Shown here: one piece after another, positions 11,678 through 21,463 of the stretch | How the letters are laid out: each line of letters starts with the position of its first letter | How positions within the stretch are numbered: the first letter of the stretch is position 1 | IMG/VR virus record: IMGVR_UViG_3300029305_011823 | Origin: a virus | Taxonomy: Duplodnaviria > Caudoviricetes | Direction: 5' to 3' (one strand) | DNA: 64,000 bases | Position numbers and translations under genes: made by a program | Notes under the pieces: generated by a model | Databases searched by the model: none | Seen by the model: only the letters and a program-made list of their open reading frames with translations | What the model was told of the DNA's origin: nothing

Positions 11678-11959
11678 TTATTTTAAATTTTCTATTGCCC
11701 ATTTTATATAACTTTCTTCTGTATAATGTCCATCATCTATCACTGTTCTTATAGCTTCATAATATTGTGATGTTTTACATCTAGGTTTATCATTAAACCA
11801 TACATATACTTCATAATCGTCGAATTTTAAATATACTTCATCAGTTTCTCTAAAATATAAAACATTATTGAGATTCTCAAATCCTAAATCTTCTGCTGCT
11901 TTTTTCAATCTAAACTTCGTATTCATTAATTCAACATATCTTTCTAATGTCATTTTCAT
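11678..11959 (-). CDS. Hypothetical protein
   Basis: 93 aa, RBS GGAGG, AACA-N6-TA promoter at 11986..11997. Confidence 0.7.
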   Translation of the reverse strand: MKMTLERYVELMNTKFRLKKAAEDLGFENLNNVLYFRETDEVYLKFDDYEVYVWFNDKPRCKTSQYYEAIRTVIDDGHYTEESYIKWAIENLK

Positions 11960-12041
11960 ATGTTTACCTCCCTACATCTTTTATCTAAATATTTGTTAGA
12001 TGACATATAAAAAGTTAGTAGGAAAAAATCCTACTAACTAA

Positions 12042-12575
12042 TTACATTTTACCGTATAAATCCACTACTAATTTTTCACCTTTATTTAATTTATATTCTT
12101 CATTTAATACTATATTTTGTCCAGATATTTGGAAATCAACTTTAGCTAATCTTCCTATTCTTGAGTGGAATATAATTATATTATATTCATCTTCTCCAAC
12201 ACCTGCAGTTTTTAATTTAAATTCAACCTGACCATCTTCAGTTGCCTGTAATACTTCTTGTCTTATATCTAAACTAGCAACTATAGTTTCATCTGATATT
12301 ATAGGTTTTCTAAAACTTTGTATAAGATCAACCCATTCATCATCTTTTAATTCTCCGATAGTAGAGTTTTCTACTTTACATTTGTATATATGATGTTTAC
12401 CTTTAACGTCATTGACATAGACTTTTTCATTTAAATGATATTGAACATTTTCATCAAAATCTGTAACTTCATTAATATCAACACGTAAAATTATATCAAA
12501 TAAAAAAGCTATTAAATTGTCATGATCAAACTTTTTAAGGTTTCTTTTAAAATACTCAATGCTCACATTCATCAC
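12042..12575 (-). CDS. Hypothetical protein with a possible CBM5/12-like module; paralog of the next gene
   Basis: FDENVQYHLNEKV..HIYKCK..DEW pattern. Confidence 0.6.
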   Translation of the reverse strand: MMNVSIEYFKRNLKKFDHDNLIAFLFDIILRVDINEVTDFDENVQYHLNEKVYVNDVKGKHHIYKCKVENSTIGELKDDEWVDLIQSFRKPIISDETIVASLDIRQEVLQATEDGQVEFKLKTAGVGEDEYNIIIFHSRIGRLAKVDFQISGQNIVLNEEYKLNKGEKLVVDLYGKM

Positions 12576-12586
12576 CCTTTCTCTAG

Positions 12587-13381
12587 TTATTCTTTAGGTG
12601 AAAAGAAAAATTCACCATTAACCATTTCTAATATATATGGATTTCTATCGACATCTAATATTTTAATTTCTGTTTGAGATGTATAAATGTCTGTTAACTC
12701 AAAAAATATATCTTCATCTATCATATAAATTTTATATACTTCATCTGTAGCTGAATCTTTAACAAATATTTCAGGTTTAGAATATTTGAATTCTGATAAT
12801 ATTATAAATACATCCTCACCAATAACACCGACTTCATAGTTATTACCGTTACTACTTAACATGATTAATCTGTCAGGTAATCCTATAGATTCTTTTATTT
12901 CAATGATAACTTTATCTCCTATTTGTACTATACTTGAAGGTATAAATGTAATTTTACCATTCTCATCTATTACAAAATCTCTACCATTTAAATAAATATC
13001 TTTATCAATATAAATAGTTACAATTGAAGTACCGTGTTTATAGTCTGAAATAACAATATTATCAATATTGTCTTTGTCAACATAAACAACTTCTTCTCTA
13101 ATATAAATACTTCCAGCTTTTTTTACCTCTTCATCATATACGTCTAATACATGTTCCCATTCATCAGGTATAAACGTATTTGATGATTGATCTGCTTTAC
13201 AACGATATATTTTGTGAATACTGTTTTCTTTTAAATGTACATAATCACCTTTTGTATAGATTTTTCCTTGTTCATACGGTTTAACATTTTCTAAATCAAT
13301 TACAGTTAAATCTAACAGGAACTTTAACACATTGTAACAATCTATTTTTCCATAGTTTGTTTGAATAAAGCGTATACTCAA
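12587..13381 (-). CDS. Hypothetical protein with a possible CBM5/12-like module and a C-terminal module shared with 21464..24760
   Basis: YEQGKIYTKGDYV..IYRCK..DEW pattern; TTG start after GGAGGTG. Confidence 0.6.
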   Translation of the reverse strand: MSIRFIQTNYGKIDCYNVLKFLLDLTVIDLENVKPYEQGKIYTKGDYVHLKENSIHKIYRCKADQSSNTFIPDEWEHVLDVYDEEVKKAGSIYIREEVVYVDKDNIDNIVISDYKHGTSIVTIYIDKDIYLNGRDFVIDENGKITFIPSSIVQIGDKVIIEIKESIGLPDRLIMLSSNGNNYEVGVIGEDVFIILSEFKYSKPEIFVKDSATDEVYKIYMIDEDIFFELTDIYTSQTEIKILDVDRNPYILEMVNGEFFFSPKE

Positions 13382-13441
13382 AAGAAAACACCTCCTTTAT
13401 TAAAAAGTTTTATTTGCTATCCATTAAGAAATTGTTTCGGT

Positions 13442-14722
13442 CTATTTTTCTTCTCTAAATTTAACAATATCTGCTAATAAATTATTCAAATATTCTGTAT
13501 TCACAAGCATTATAAATCTATATTCTGCAGTTATACTACAATTATAAACATATAGTTTTAGTTCATCCCAGTCAATTCTATATTCCTTTCGTTCAACTTC
13601 CATTTCTCTAGGACCTTTCAGGACTACTGCATCTAAGAAAGTTGTCATTGGAATACCATGTTTCTTATGATAATTATAAGCTTCAGTTAAACTTGTATTT
13701 AACAATACTGACAGATCTAAAGGATAAGGTACTTCATCAGTATCTATTTCAAATGCAGGCATTGTAAATACTTGCCATCCATTAGGCATAGTTCTGTTAG
13801 TAGCATAATATTGTGGTGTGAATGTAGGAACTAACTTATCATTTCCTAATAGCATACTACTATCTTGCAATCCTTCATTTCTCACTTGATCGAAAATTAC
13901 ATCATTATTAGATAAGTAAACATAAAGTCCTGCAGTATTAAAATCACATCTTAAAGAGAAAGTTATATAGCATTCATCTGAAACCATATTCTTTTTACTA
14001 GGATCGTCTATAGATAATCCTGTAATAGCCATGTTAACATGGGAATGATGGTATCTGAAGAATTCATGTCTACCCGACGCATTTTTATATTTTATAGTTA
14101 CTGGATACATACTGTTATTATTTACATAAGATAAGAACTCACCTATTCTATTTTCTTCACTTGTAGTAAATACATCTTCATATCCAGCATCTTTTGCTAA
14201 TAACCACATTATATCTCTAGAAATGTAACTTTCAAGTCCGACGACTTTAGTCATTTCCCAATTTTGTCTTACTCTGTTTTTAAAATAATGTGCTAAGTTT
14301 ATTTGTTCCATTTGCGTTTCTACTATTATCGCAACGTCAAATACTATTCTTAAAGAGTTTAATAAAAATTGAATTTGTCTTTTATTATCTCTATCATAGA
14401 AAAAGTTTTGTAAGTTACCTGATTCAATATCATCATTATTTATATCATAAATCCTTTGAGCTAAATATGTTTGATTTATAGGAAGCTCGTCATTCATATC
14501 CATTTCTATTCTCGGCTTCATGATAATCATAGGTTTTTGTTTTTTTATAAACTCTTTTCTATTATTATTGAAAGTAGCGAAATCTCTATAAGCAATAGTA
14601 GAGTTTATATAGTTTGTCTTAAAATAATTAGGTGGGAATAAGTTTACTAAAAAATCATTAGCAAATGTTGCTATATTCCCATAAGTATGAGCTAGACTGG
14701 CAGCTGCCATAGAATATCTCAT
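13442..14722 (-). CDS. Hypothetical protein, probably structural
   Basis: 426 aa, RBS GGAGG, AACA-N6-TA promoter at 14752..14763. Confidence 0.6.
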   Translation of the reverse strand: MRYSMAAASLAHTYGNIATFANDFLVNLFPPNYFKTNYINSTIAYRDFATFNNNRKEFIKKQKPMIIMKPRIEMDMNDELPINQTYLAQRIYDINNDDIESGNLQNFFYDRDNKRQIQFLLNSLRIVFDVAIIVETQMEQINLAHYFKNRVRQNWEMTKVVGLESYISRDIMWLLAKDAGYEDVFTTSEENRIGEFLSYVNNNSMYPVTIKYKNASGRHEFFRYHHSHVNMAITGLSIDDPSKKNMVSDECYITFSLRCDFNTAGLYVYLSNNDVIFDQVRNEGLQDSSMLLGNDKLVPTFTPQYYATNRTMPNGWQVFTMPAFEIDTDEVPYPLDLSVLLNTSLTEAYNYHKKHGIPMTTFLDAVVLKGPREMEVERKEYRIDWDELKLYVYNCSITAEYRFIMLVNTEYLNNLLADIVKFREEK

Positions 14723-14792
14723 TACATCTACCTCCTTCTTAGTATATTCATTATCTCATTGTTTTGATAAGAAAAAAATTAGGTTGGTATAA

Positions 14793-15389
14793 TCACCAAC
14801 CTAATTTAAGTTTAACATTACTTGTAATATAATTTTTAACTCTAATAACATCTAATTCATAATACATTTTATAAAATAAATAATCACTTTGTTCCATATT
14901 TAAACCGTTTAATAAATCATATTCTTCATATTCGATACCAACTCTATCAAAATCATTAATATCCATTATATATTTTCCATTTGTATAAAATATACTATTA
15001 TGATATACCAAATCAGTTTCATCATAGATTTCTCCCGTTCTCAGCGTGGCATCTAGAACTATATCAAACAAATTATCTTGAACTTTTATCATTTCTAGAC
15101 CTCTTACTGGTACCAGGAATCTAGTTAATTCCATAAAATGAAAGTTATCGATTACTTTATACATTGTATTATCTAATAGAATCATTGAATATTCTCTATC
15201 TAATATCCCTTCTCCTATTAAATATTTAACTCTTTCGTTTATATAATGATGATATATTTCATAATGTTTTCTATCAAGTTTTTTATTATAAATTTCTCTA
15301 TTATAAACTTTAACTACTACTCTATATTCATCATCTTCTTTATACCAACGTATAACTGATTGTCTATTAATCCTTACCTCTTCAATCAT
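14793..15389 (-). CDS. Hypothetical protein
   Basis: 198 aa ORF in a minus-strand run. Confidence 0.6.
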   Translation of the reverse strand: MIEEVRINRQSVIRWYKEDDEYRVVVKVYNREIYNKKLDRKHYEIYHHYINERVKYLIGEGILDREYSMILLDNTMYKVIDNFHFMELTRFLVPVRGLEMIKVQDNLFDIVLDATLRTGEIYDETDLVYHNSIFYTNGKYIMDINDFDRVGIEYEEYDLLNGLNMEQSDYLFYKMYYELDVIRVKNYITSNVKLKLGW

Positions 15390-15400
15390 GTTCGCACCCC

Positions 15401-15766
15401 CTATAATAAAAGCATCTCCAATCCAAAACTTTGTTCTATTTGTGCAAGTGTTTTATGTCCAGGTAAATTATTATTATATAAATAAAGTTCATCTAATATT
15501 GCTTGTGTATAATTCTCTATAGACTCATCTTCCCAAAATACTGGAACATATAATACAGCACCATACGGAACATGAGTTATATCTTGATCTACTGTTATCT
15601 TACATGGCAAATATACTCTATGTTTATTTAGCACATGTTCTCTTAGTTCTTCTGTTATTTCAAAATTAGCTAAATGAGTTTTCATCTTTCCAGTTACTAT
15701 ATCAATTTCTATTTTCGTAAAATGTACCATATTCATGTCTTTAGTTACTACTACACTAGAAATCAT
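15401..15766 (-). CDS. Hypothetical protein
   Basis: ATG at 15766 lies about 8 nt after GGAGG. Confidence 0.6.
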   Translation of the reverse strand: MISSVVVTKDMNMVHFTKIEIDIVTGKMKTHLANFEITEELREHVLNKHRVYLPCKITVDQDITHVPYGAVLYVPVFWEDESIENYTQAILDELYLYNNNLPGHKTLAQIEQSFGLEMLLL

Positions 15767-15839
15767 ATATCTAACCTCCAATACAAAATTTTAATAAATT
15801 GTATAAATTAATATAAAAAATAAAGAGGTTTGAACCTCT

Positions 15840-16118
15840 TTATCCTTTATATCCATTCTCAAGATATCTGTTCATTACATTTTTTCTCAATGCATTCACA
15901 ATATGATCGTTTACATCATCTTTAAATAATTCTAATTCTTCATCTTTAAATAGTTGGTGTAATAATATAAATGCTTCTCTATCTCTTAATTTATATTCTC
16001 TTATTATCTCTAAATAACCTCTATAACGATCAAGGATTGTAAAATCCCTGTCGTATAATTTTACCATATCCATATACTTAATTAAACACCTATCCGTTCT
16101 GATTAATTCTTTATACAT
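15840..16118 (-). CDS. Hypothetical protein
   Basis: 92 aa, RBS AGGAGG. Confidence 0.6.
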   Translation of the reverse strand: MYKELIRTDRCLIKYMDMVKLYDRDFTILDRYRGYLEIIREYKLRDREAFILLHQLFKDEELELFKDDVNDHIVNALRKNVMNRYLENGYKG

Positions 16119-16128
16119 AATATACCTC

Positions 16129-17583
16129 CTATACTCTACAGAAATGACTTAAACCTATTGCTAGGTCTTTTATTGGCATCATGTTACCACTTAATAAACC
16201 ATCATTATGAGATACCATTAAGAACAATCTTGCATTATACTTTCTAGTTGCTTTGATTTGATCTTTAGCTGATAGCTTAGTTATTGTTAAGTTGTCGCCA
16301 TCAAAATCTGCGTTAAGACCACTAAGGATCATAAGAGATATTGCCATTGTATAATCATCTACTCTTTTTGTTACATCTACAATCTTAACTTGTAATATAG
16401 AACCTACGTCTATAGTTGGAGCACGGTTAATTAAGCAATATGTTAAATCTTGTGCTATCATTAATTTGATTATCTTATATATCTTTTCACTGAAATTTAT
16501 ACAACCCATATACCATTCACTATATGCTTGACTTTCAGTTATGTTTTGTGTACTTGCTAATTTTTGTATTATCTCAAATTTATACATCTCTAAGAATGAT
16601 ATATATGATAATATAATTTCATCTGCTGCTAAGTTTGGATTTGATATTATAACGTTTCTTGATGTGTAATTCATTCTTCCTGCTAACACACCTGATTTTA
16701 TAAACCCATCTTTCTTATTAATTGTACTGAACATTTTCTCATATAGTTCATTTACTTTCTTTTGTATATATGGTAATTTCTTATCTACTGATAAAGCATC
16801 ATTTGAATTATTCATTCTAGATACTGAACTAAATATCATATTGTATATCTTATCAGTTCCATTTACAAAGTTGATTTCATTTTGAACCATTGCAAATCTT
16901 AATGCTGAACTAAATACTGGAATATATTGGAAGAATAATTTATCTTTATTAGCTTTTACAAATGCAACATTACCTTCCATATTAGAATTTCTTTTATTCT
17001 TTTCAGCATAATAATCTAATATCTCATCAAATCTTCTTTGGAATTCTATCATTCCTATATTCTTAAATGGTTGATCTTTATCAAATTCAATTTCATCATC
17101 TAATAATGGATTACCAAATTGATCTGTATCTACAAATTTAGGTGGTTGTATAATATTCTCTAATATAGATTGCTTATTCTTTTCACCCATTATATTATTA
17201 AGGTATAAATATAATGCTGGATGAATTATATAATAATCTTTGATTTTAATATAAGCAAATTTTTCTAAATCTATATCAACTAATCTAACATTACTTCTAC
17301 AATATGGACATATAGATGATTCATGAGATTTACCTTCTAGATATCCACATTCACAACTATATCTTTCTTTAAATGCATTCTCACTTGACATTTCACTATA
17401 GAAGAAATCCGAACGGATTCCTCCTTTATTATAACTACCATCTGTTGTCTTCTTATCTTTTATCGGTTCATAGACAACGAATGCTTTTCCTGCTTTTAAA
17501 TCTAATTCTGCCTCTTTATCTATATTAGAAATTTGTAACATAAATCCATTCTTTTCAATCCCATTATTTCTTTCTATTATCAT
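16129..17583 (-). CDS. Phage multisubunit RNA polymerase beta' N-terminal subunit (catalytic), probably non-virion RNAP
   Basis: Zn finger CECG...CPYC, GRMNYTSRNVI, INRAPTI and catalytic NADFDGD; lies downstream of early-type promoters. Confidence 0.92.
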   Translation of the reverse strand: MIIERNNGIEKNGFMLQISNIDKEAELDLKAGKAFVVYEPIKDKKTTDGSYNKGGIRSDFFYSEMSSENAFKERYSCECGYLEGKSHESSICPYCRSNVRLVDIDLEKFAYIKIKDYYIIHPALYLYLNNIMGEKNKQSILENIIQPPKFVDTDQFGNPLLDDEIEFDKDQPFKNIGMIEFQRRFDEILDYYAEKNKRNSNMEGNVAFVKANKDKLFFQYIPVFSSALRFAMVQNEINFVNGTDKIYNMIFSSVSRMNNSNDALSVDKKLPYIQKKVNELYEKMFSTINKKDGFIKSGVLAGRMNYTSRNVIISNPNLAADEIILSYISFLEMYKFEIIQKLASTQNITESQAYSEWYMGCINFSEKIYKIIKLMIAQDLTYCLINRAPTIDVGSILQVKIVDVTKRVDDYTMAISLMILSGLNADFDGDNLTITKLSAKDQIKATRKYNARLFLMVSHNDGLLSGNMMPIKDLAIGLSHFCRV

Positions 17584-17595
17584 ACAATCACCCTC

Positions 17596-17826
17596 CTAAG
17601 ATAATTTATTAAATAATCTTTTTAAATCCTTATTAGCTTCATTTTTTGTGTCATACAATAATTCAATGGATTTTCCATTTTTCATTGTAATTTCTAAAAC
17701 CCACGTGTCTTCATCAACCATACCTGTTTCACAATCATAATATTCTTCAACATATGCGTGTGATACTTCACTTAAATTAACTACAACATCGTCTGCTTCA
17801 AACATTATAAATTTATCCATACACAT
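17596..17826 (-). CDS. Hypothetical protein
   Basis: 76 aa, RBS AGGAGG. Confidence 0.6.
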   Translation of the reverse strand: MCMDKFIMFEADDVVVNLSEVSHAYVEEYYDCETGMVDEDTWVLEITMKNGKSIELLYDTKNEANKDLKRLFNKLS

Positions 17827-17853
17827 TACCTCCTAAATTATTATATAATTTTA

Positions 17854-18213
17854 CTATCTAAGATATTCATCATTTAGAAAAGTTAATTCATAATATAAAT
17901 CATCATATCTAGCACATGCTTCTCTAAATGGACAATTACCACATTCACCTCCACATGAGTTTAGCATTTCTTGATAAGATTCTGCTAAATTCATAATACT
18001 ATCATGAAATTCTTTCCAAAATTTATCAACCCTTTCTGGTTTATCACTATAAACTTCCCATTCAGTTCCATCATCTATTAATTCTTCTACAAGACTTCCA
18101 TTTTCCCACATTAACTTACCACGATTAGAATATACATACCTCCCTTCTTCCCAACAGTTCTTTCTAACCTTAAACCCATTATTAACTTTCATCATAGCTT
18201 CCCACATTTTCAT
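17854..18213 (-). CDS. Hypothetical protein (DUF2829-like N-terminus, Cys cluster)
   Basis: EAMMKVNNGFKVRKNCW start; CGGECGNCPF. Confidence 0.55.
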   Translation of the reverse strand: MKMWEAMMKVNNGFKVRKNCWEEGRYVYSNRGKLMWENGSLVEELIDDGTEWEVYSDKPERVDKFWKEFHDSIMNLAESYQEMLNSCGGECGNCPFREACARYDDLYYELTFLNDEYLR

Positions 18214-18227
18214 ATTAAATTACCTCC

Positions 18228-18431
18228 CTAATCTTCAAAATAATTATATTCTTTTCCTGTATCATTTATATAATCACCATACATTAAACAAGAACCTATA
18301 TAATCCATTGCTAAACTTAAATCCATAAGAACTTCTGTTTTATAATCACATTCTTCCATAGTTGCATTTATCATATTATATTGATTCTCTAACTCAATTA
18401 AATCGTTTAATAATTCTGATAATTTTCTCAT
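18228..18431 (-). CDS. Hypothetical protein
   Basis: 67 aa, RBS GGAGG. Confidence 0.55.
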   Translation of the reverse strand: MRKLSELLNDLIELENQYNMINATMEECDYKTEVLMDLSLAMDYIGSCLMYGDYINDTGKEYNYFED

Positions 18432-18440
18432 ATTAGCCTC

Positions 18441-18755
18441 CTACATTATAACTGCATTTAAATCTATTATTGTCATTTCTATTCTAAATACTGTATAATC
18501 ATTCTTATCTCTTATATCAGTTATATATTTTTCTAAAGCTGTATTCTCATCTTTATATGCTTCTATTATCTCATAGTTTAAACTATATGATTTCATCTTC
18601 ATATAATCGTCTATTAATAATTCCACATAATCATTTGCTTTTTCTTTATTTTTATAATATCTAGGTTCTCTATAATATTCTGTATAAGTTACATTATAAT
18701 CATCATCTTCTTCAACTTTACCACCAAATACTACAAATAATTGATTTTTCTTCAT
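18441..18755 (-). CDS. Hypothetical protein
   Basis: Start moved to MKKNQ (18755) after AAGGAGG; the upstream part of the track ORF is a hairpin-containing leader. Confidence 0.6.
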   Translation of the reverse strand: MKKNQLFVVFGGKVEEDDDYNVTYTEYYREPRYYKNKEKANDYVELLIDDYMKMKSYSLNYEIIEAYKDENTALEKYITDIRDKNDYTVFRIEMTIIDLNAVIM

Positions 18756-18883
18756 AATTAATTCCTCCTTAAAATTTTTCATAATATTGTTGAGATGAAT
18801 ATAAAAATCCATCTCAACACTCATTCTCACATTATATTATTACGTAGTAATAATATAGTACTCAAATCCTACGTTTTACACTT

Positions 18884-19159
18884 TTATATAAAGTTTATTT
18901 GTGTTTTTATTTTATCAAATTTATCTCTTATTTCATCATAAGTTAATAATCCTGCATTTAGATTTCTACATGTCATATCTTTATATAACTTATTTAATCT
19001 ATCACATAAATTATCTGATACCATAAATTCATATATTGGTGTCTTTACAATACACAATACTTCTATATTTTCTGAATAAGCCATTGTTAAGAAGTTATCT
19101 AATGTTTCTGTTCCTTTATAGAATGACATTAATAAATCTCTTTTACACATAATTACCAA
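18884..19159 (-). CDS. Hypothetical protein
   Basis: 91 aa ORF downstream of the early-type promoter at 19183..19214. Confidence 0.55.
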   Translation of the reverse strand: MVIMCKRDLLMSFYKGTETLDNFLTMAYSENIEVLCIVKTPIYEFMVSDNLCDRLNKLYKDMTCRNLNAGLLTYDEIRDKFDKIKTQINFI

Positions 19160-19245
19160 CTCCTTTTATTTTATTCGCTATTATAATATATAATTGAAAT
19201 TATACCTTTTTACATAAGAAAAGGTATTAGGAAAAAACCTAATAC

Positions 19246-20457
19246 CTAGAATGTCATATCGTCTAAATTGATTTCATTAGTTTTAACTGATGTATCATGC
19301 ATTGCTTTCATCTTTAAGTTTAATAACGCACCTGTTAGTGTTGATGTTGTTAACCCTATAGAATCTATTTGTAATTTTTCAAATAATCTTCCTGCACATG
19401 TTAAACAAACTCCTGAATCACAACCACAATACATAATCGATCTTAATTTAACTTTCTTCCCAACATATTTACCTATACTATCATCATCTAATAAAACAGC
19501 TTTTCCATTATCCATTATATATCTATACATAAATTTAGATTTCATTGATGGTGGTATAACTATTTCAACATATCCTTTAGAACCGCAATCTTGTACGTCT
19601 TTTCTTAATACAACCGCTTGACCTAAACTTGAAACTTGTTTAGCTTTATATCCTGATACTGCCGTACCACAAGATTTAGGATATTGTGCATTTACTGTAT
19701 TTGTACCAGATGCAGCTATCTCTTCTTTACTTATACCATCAAATAAGTTATTTTCTATAAATTGATACTTACCTATAGTTTTATTGAATACTGGTCCTTT
19801 TACTATACTAAGCTGTTTATAGTTGTTTGATATAGAACCCCTTGCTCCTGAATAATATAAATCCATTGCAGGGTCGTCACCTATTTCTTTTTCAGCAAGT
19901 TTAACTAATTCTTTTTCGATTGCTGACATTACCATAACGTCACCTTTTTCTAAGGCTTCTTTATTTTCTTTAATAAGCTCAGCTTTACGTTTCATAACTG
20001 CAGGAACTGGTTTTAATCCTCTCATTGTAAATGATGCTGCTAATGGTTCATGGAATTGCATTCCTAACCATTGTATTCTATCAAAATAATCACCGAAATC
20101 CACTGTAGTTATTTTATCATCTAATAATAATTTAGATAATTTACTTTCAAGACTTTTTAGTCCATCAGCATCTATAACATCGTTTATATAACCTAAATGA
20201 ACGCCAAATCTAGCTTCTATTATAAACTTATTAAATATAAAAGAACCAACTGTAGTTATAACATCTTCTTTATTTATATATTCTCCAGCTTTTAATAAGA
20301 ATCTATCATCTGGTTCAAATTTAGATTTCACTTCTACTACTTTTCCATCAACTTTTTTAATATGGTCTGCAAATAAATCCATACCAAGTTCATAAGTTAT
20401 ATCTTCAGGTTTAAGTGATAATAAATAAGCTTTCTCTTCAGGTGTAATTCTACGCAT
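19246..20457 (-). CDS. RNA polymerase beta' C-terminal subunit, probably virion RNAP
   Basis: SGARGS, bridge-helix-like TAVSGYKAKQV, DCGS, and Zn site RSIMYC..GVCLTCAG. Confidence 0.88.
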   Translation of the reverse strand: MRRITPEEKAYLLSLKPEDITYELGMDLFADHIKKVDGKVVEVKSKFEPDDRFLLKAGEYINKEDVITTVGSFIFNKFIIEARFGVHLGYINDVIDADGLKSLESKLSKLLLDDKITTVDFGDYFDRIQWLGMQFHEPLAASFTMRGLKPVPAVMKRKAELIKENKEALEKGDVMVMSAIEKELVKLAEKEIGDDPAMDLYYSGARGSISNNYKQLSIVKGPVFNKTIGKYQFIENNLFDGISKEEIAASGTNTVNAQYPKSCGTAVSGYKAKQVSSLGQAVVLRKDVQDCGSKGYVEIVIPPSMKSKFMYRYIMDNGKAVLLDDDSIGKYVGKKVKLRSIMYCGCDSGVCLTCAGRLFEKLQIDSIGLTTSTLTGALLNLKMKAMHDTSVKTNEINLDDMTF

Positions 20458-20524
20458 TATATCATATCCTTTCCAATAAAAAATAAATAGAGATTATCAT
20501 TACGATAATCTCTAAATGTATATC

Positions 20525-21394
20525 TTAAGAAGTGTAAATTCTATACACTATAGTTATGTCTTTTGAAAGAACTAACATTTCATTTGGTATATTTAATTTA
20601 GAGAATAATTTTACTTGTTTATATTCAGGTTCACCTTTTTCATTAGTTGAAAGGATTCCTGTGAATAAACCTATAGAGTTTACTCTAGCAGCTTCTATAT
20701 CTCCGTTTATTTCAAAGAATTCTCTACAATCTTTTTTATTAACTTTTAAAATCATTTCTACAAATGTTTCTATAGGTTCAGTTCTAGATGTATTGTGAAC
20801 ACCTGTTGCTACTTCTGATCCATCTTCCCCTTCTTCTCCATCTTTCCAAAGAACTCTTATTTCAGGTTTGTGTTCAAATGATTTTAAGAAATAAGATATT
20901 TTTCCATCTTCTTCATATCTCTTAAACCAATATTTTTCTTTTTCTGAACCTGTCATTTCTTCGTCAGTTATTCTGAAAGGAATCATTTGGAATATTTCTC
21001 TTTCATAATATTTAACATCTACCACTGATCTAGAAGCTTCTCCGCATCCACCAACACCTACACCAAATAAACAAACTCCAGTTTCTTTTGGGTATAATTC
21101 TTCTATAGGACTGTTAGTAGCTATACCCATTATATCATTTAAATATTCTACATTTATAGGTGCTTCTACATTGAAAACTTTTTCTAATATGAATAAAGCT
21201 CCACCTAAAACTATTTGGTTTTCTTCTTCAAATAATTTTTCTCCAGTTAATGTGTCTAATCCAACTATTTTAGTTTTTAAAACTTTTCCTTGTGAACTTT
21301 CCATTACTAATGGTTCAACTTTTTTAGCTGGAGCACTTGCCATTTTATCAGACGAATTTAAGTTATCGTTTAATTTTAAAACATCTTTACTCAT
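20525..21394 (-). CDS. Hypothetical protein, probably structural (tail/baseplate-like)
   Basis: 289 aa, AACA-N6-TA promoter at 21442..21453; FGVGVGG and INSIGL-like motifs. Confidence 0.55.
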   Translation of the reverse strand: MSKDVLKLNDNLNSSDKMASAPAKKVEPLVMESSQGKVLKTKIVGLDTLTGEKLFEEENQIVLGGALFILEKVFNVEAPINVEYLNDIMGIATNSPIEELYPKETGVCLFGVGVGGCGEASRSVVDVKYYEREIFQMIPFRITDEEMTGSEKEKYWFKRYEEDGKISYFLKSFEHKPEIRVLWKDGEEGEDGSEVATGVHNTSRTEPIETFVEMILKVNKKDCREFFEINGDIEAARVNSIGLFTGILSTNEKGEPEYKQVKLFSKLNIPNEMLVLSKDITIVYRIYTS

Positions 21395-21463
21395 TCACAT
21401 TTACCTTCCTTTCCTTCGCATCAATAATAAAAATCAGTTCTTATATTAATGTTTCCGTTTTAA

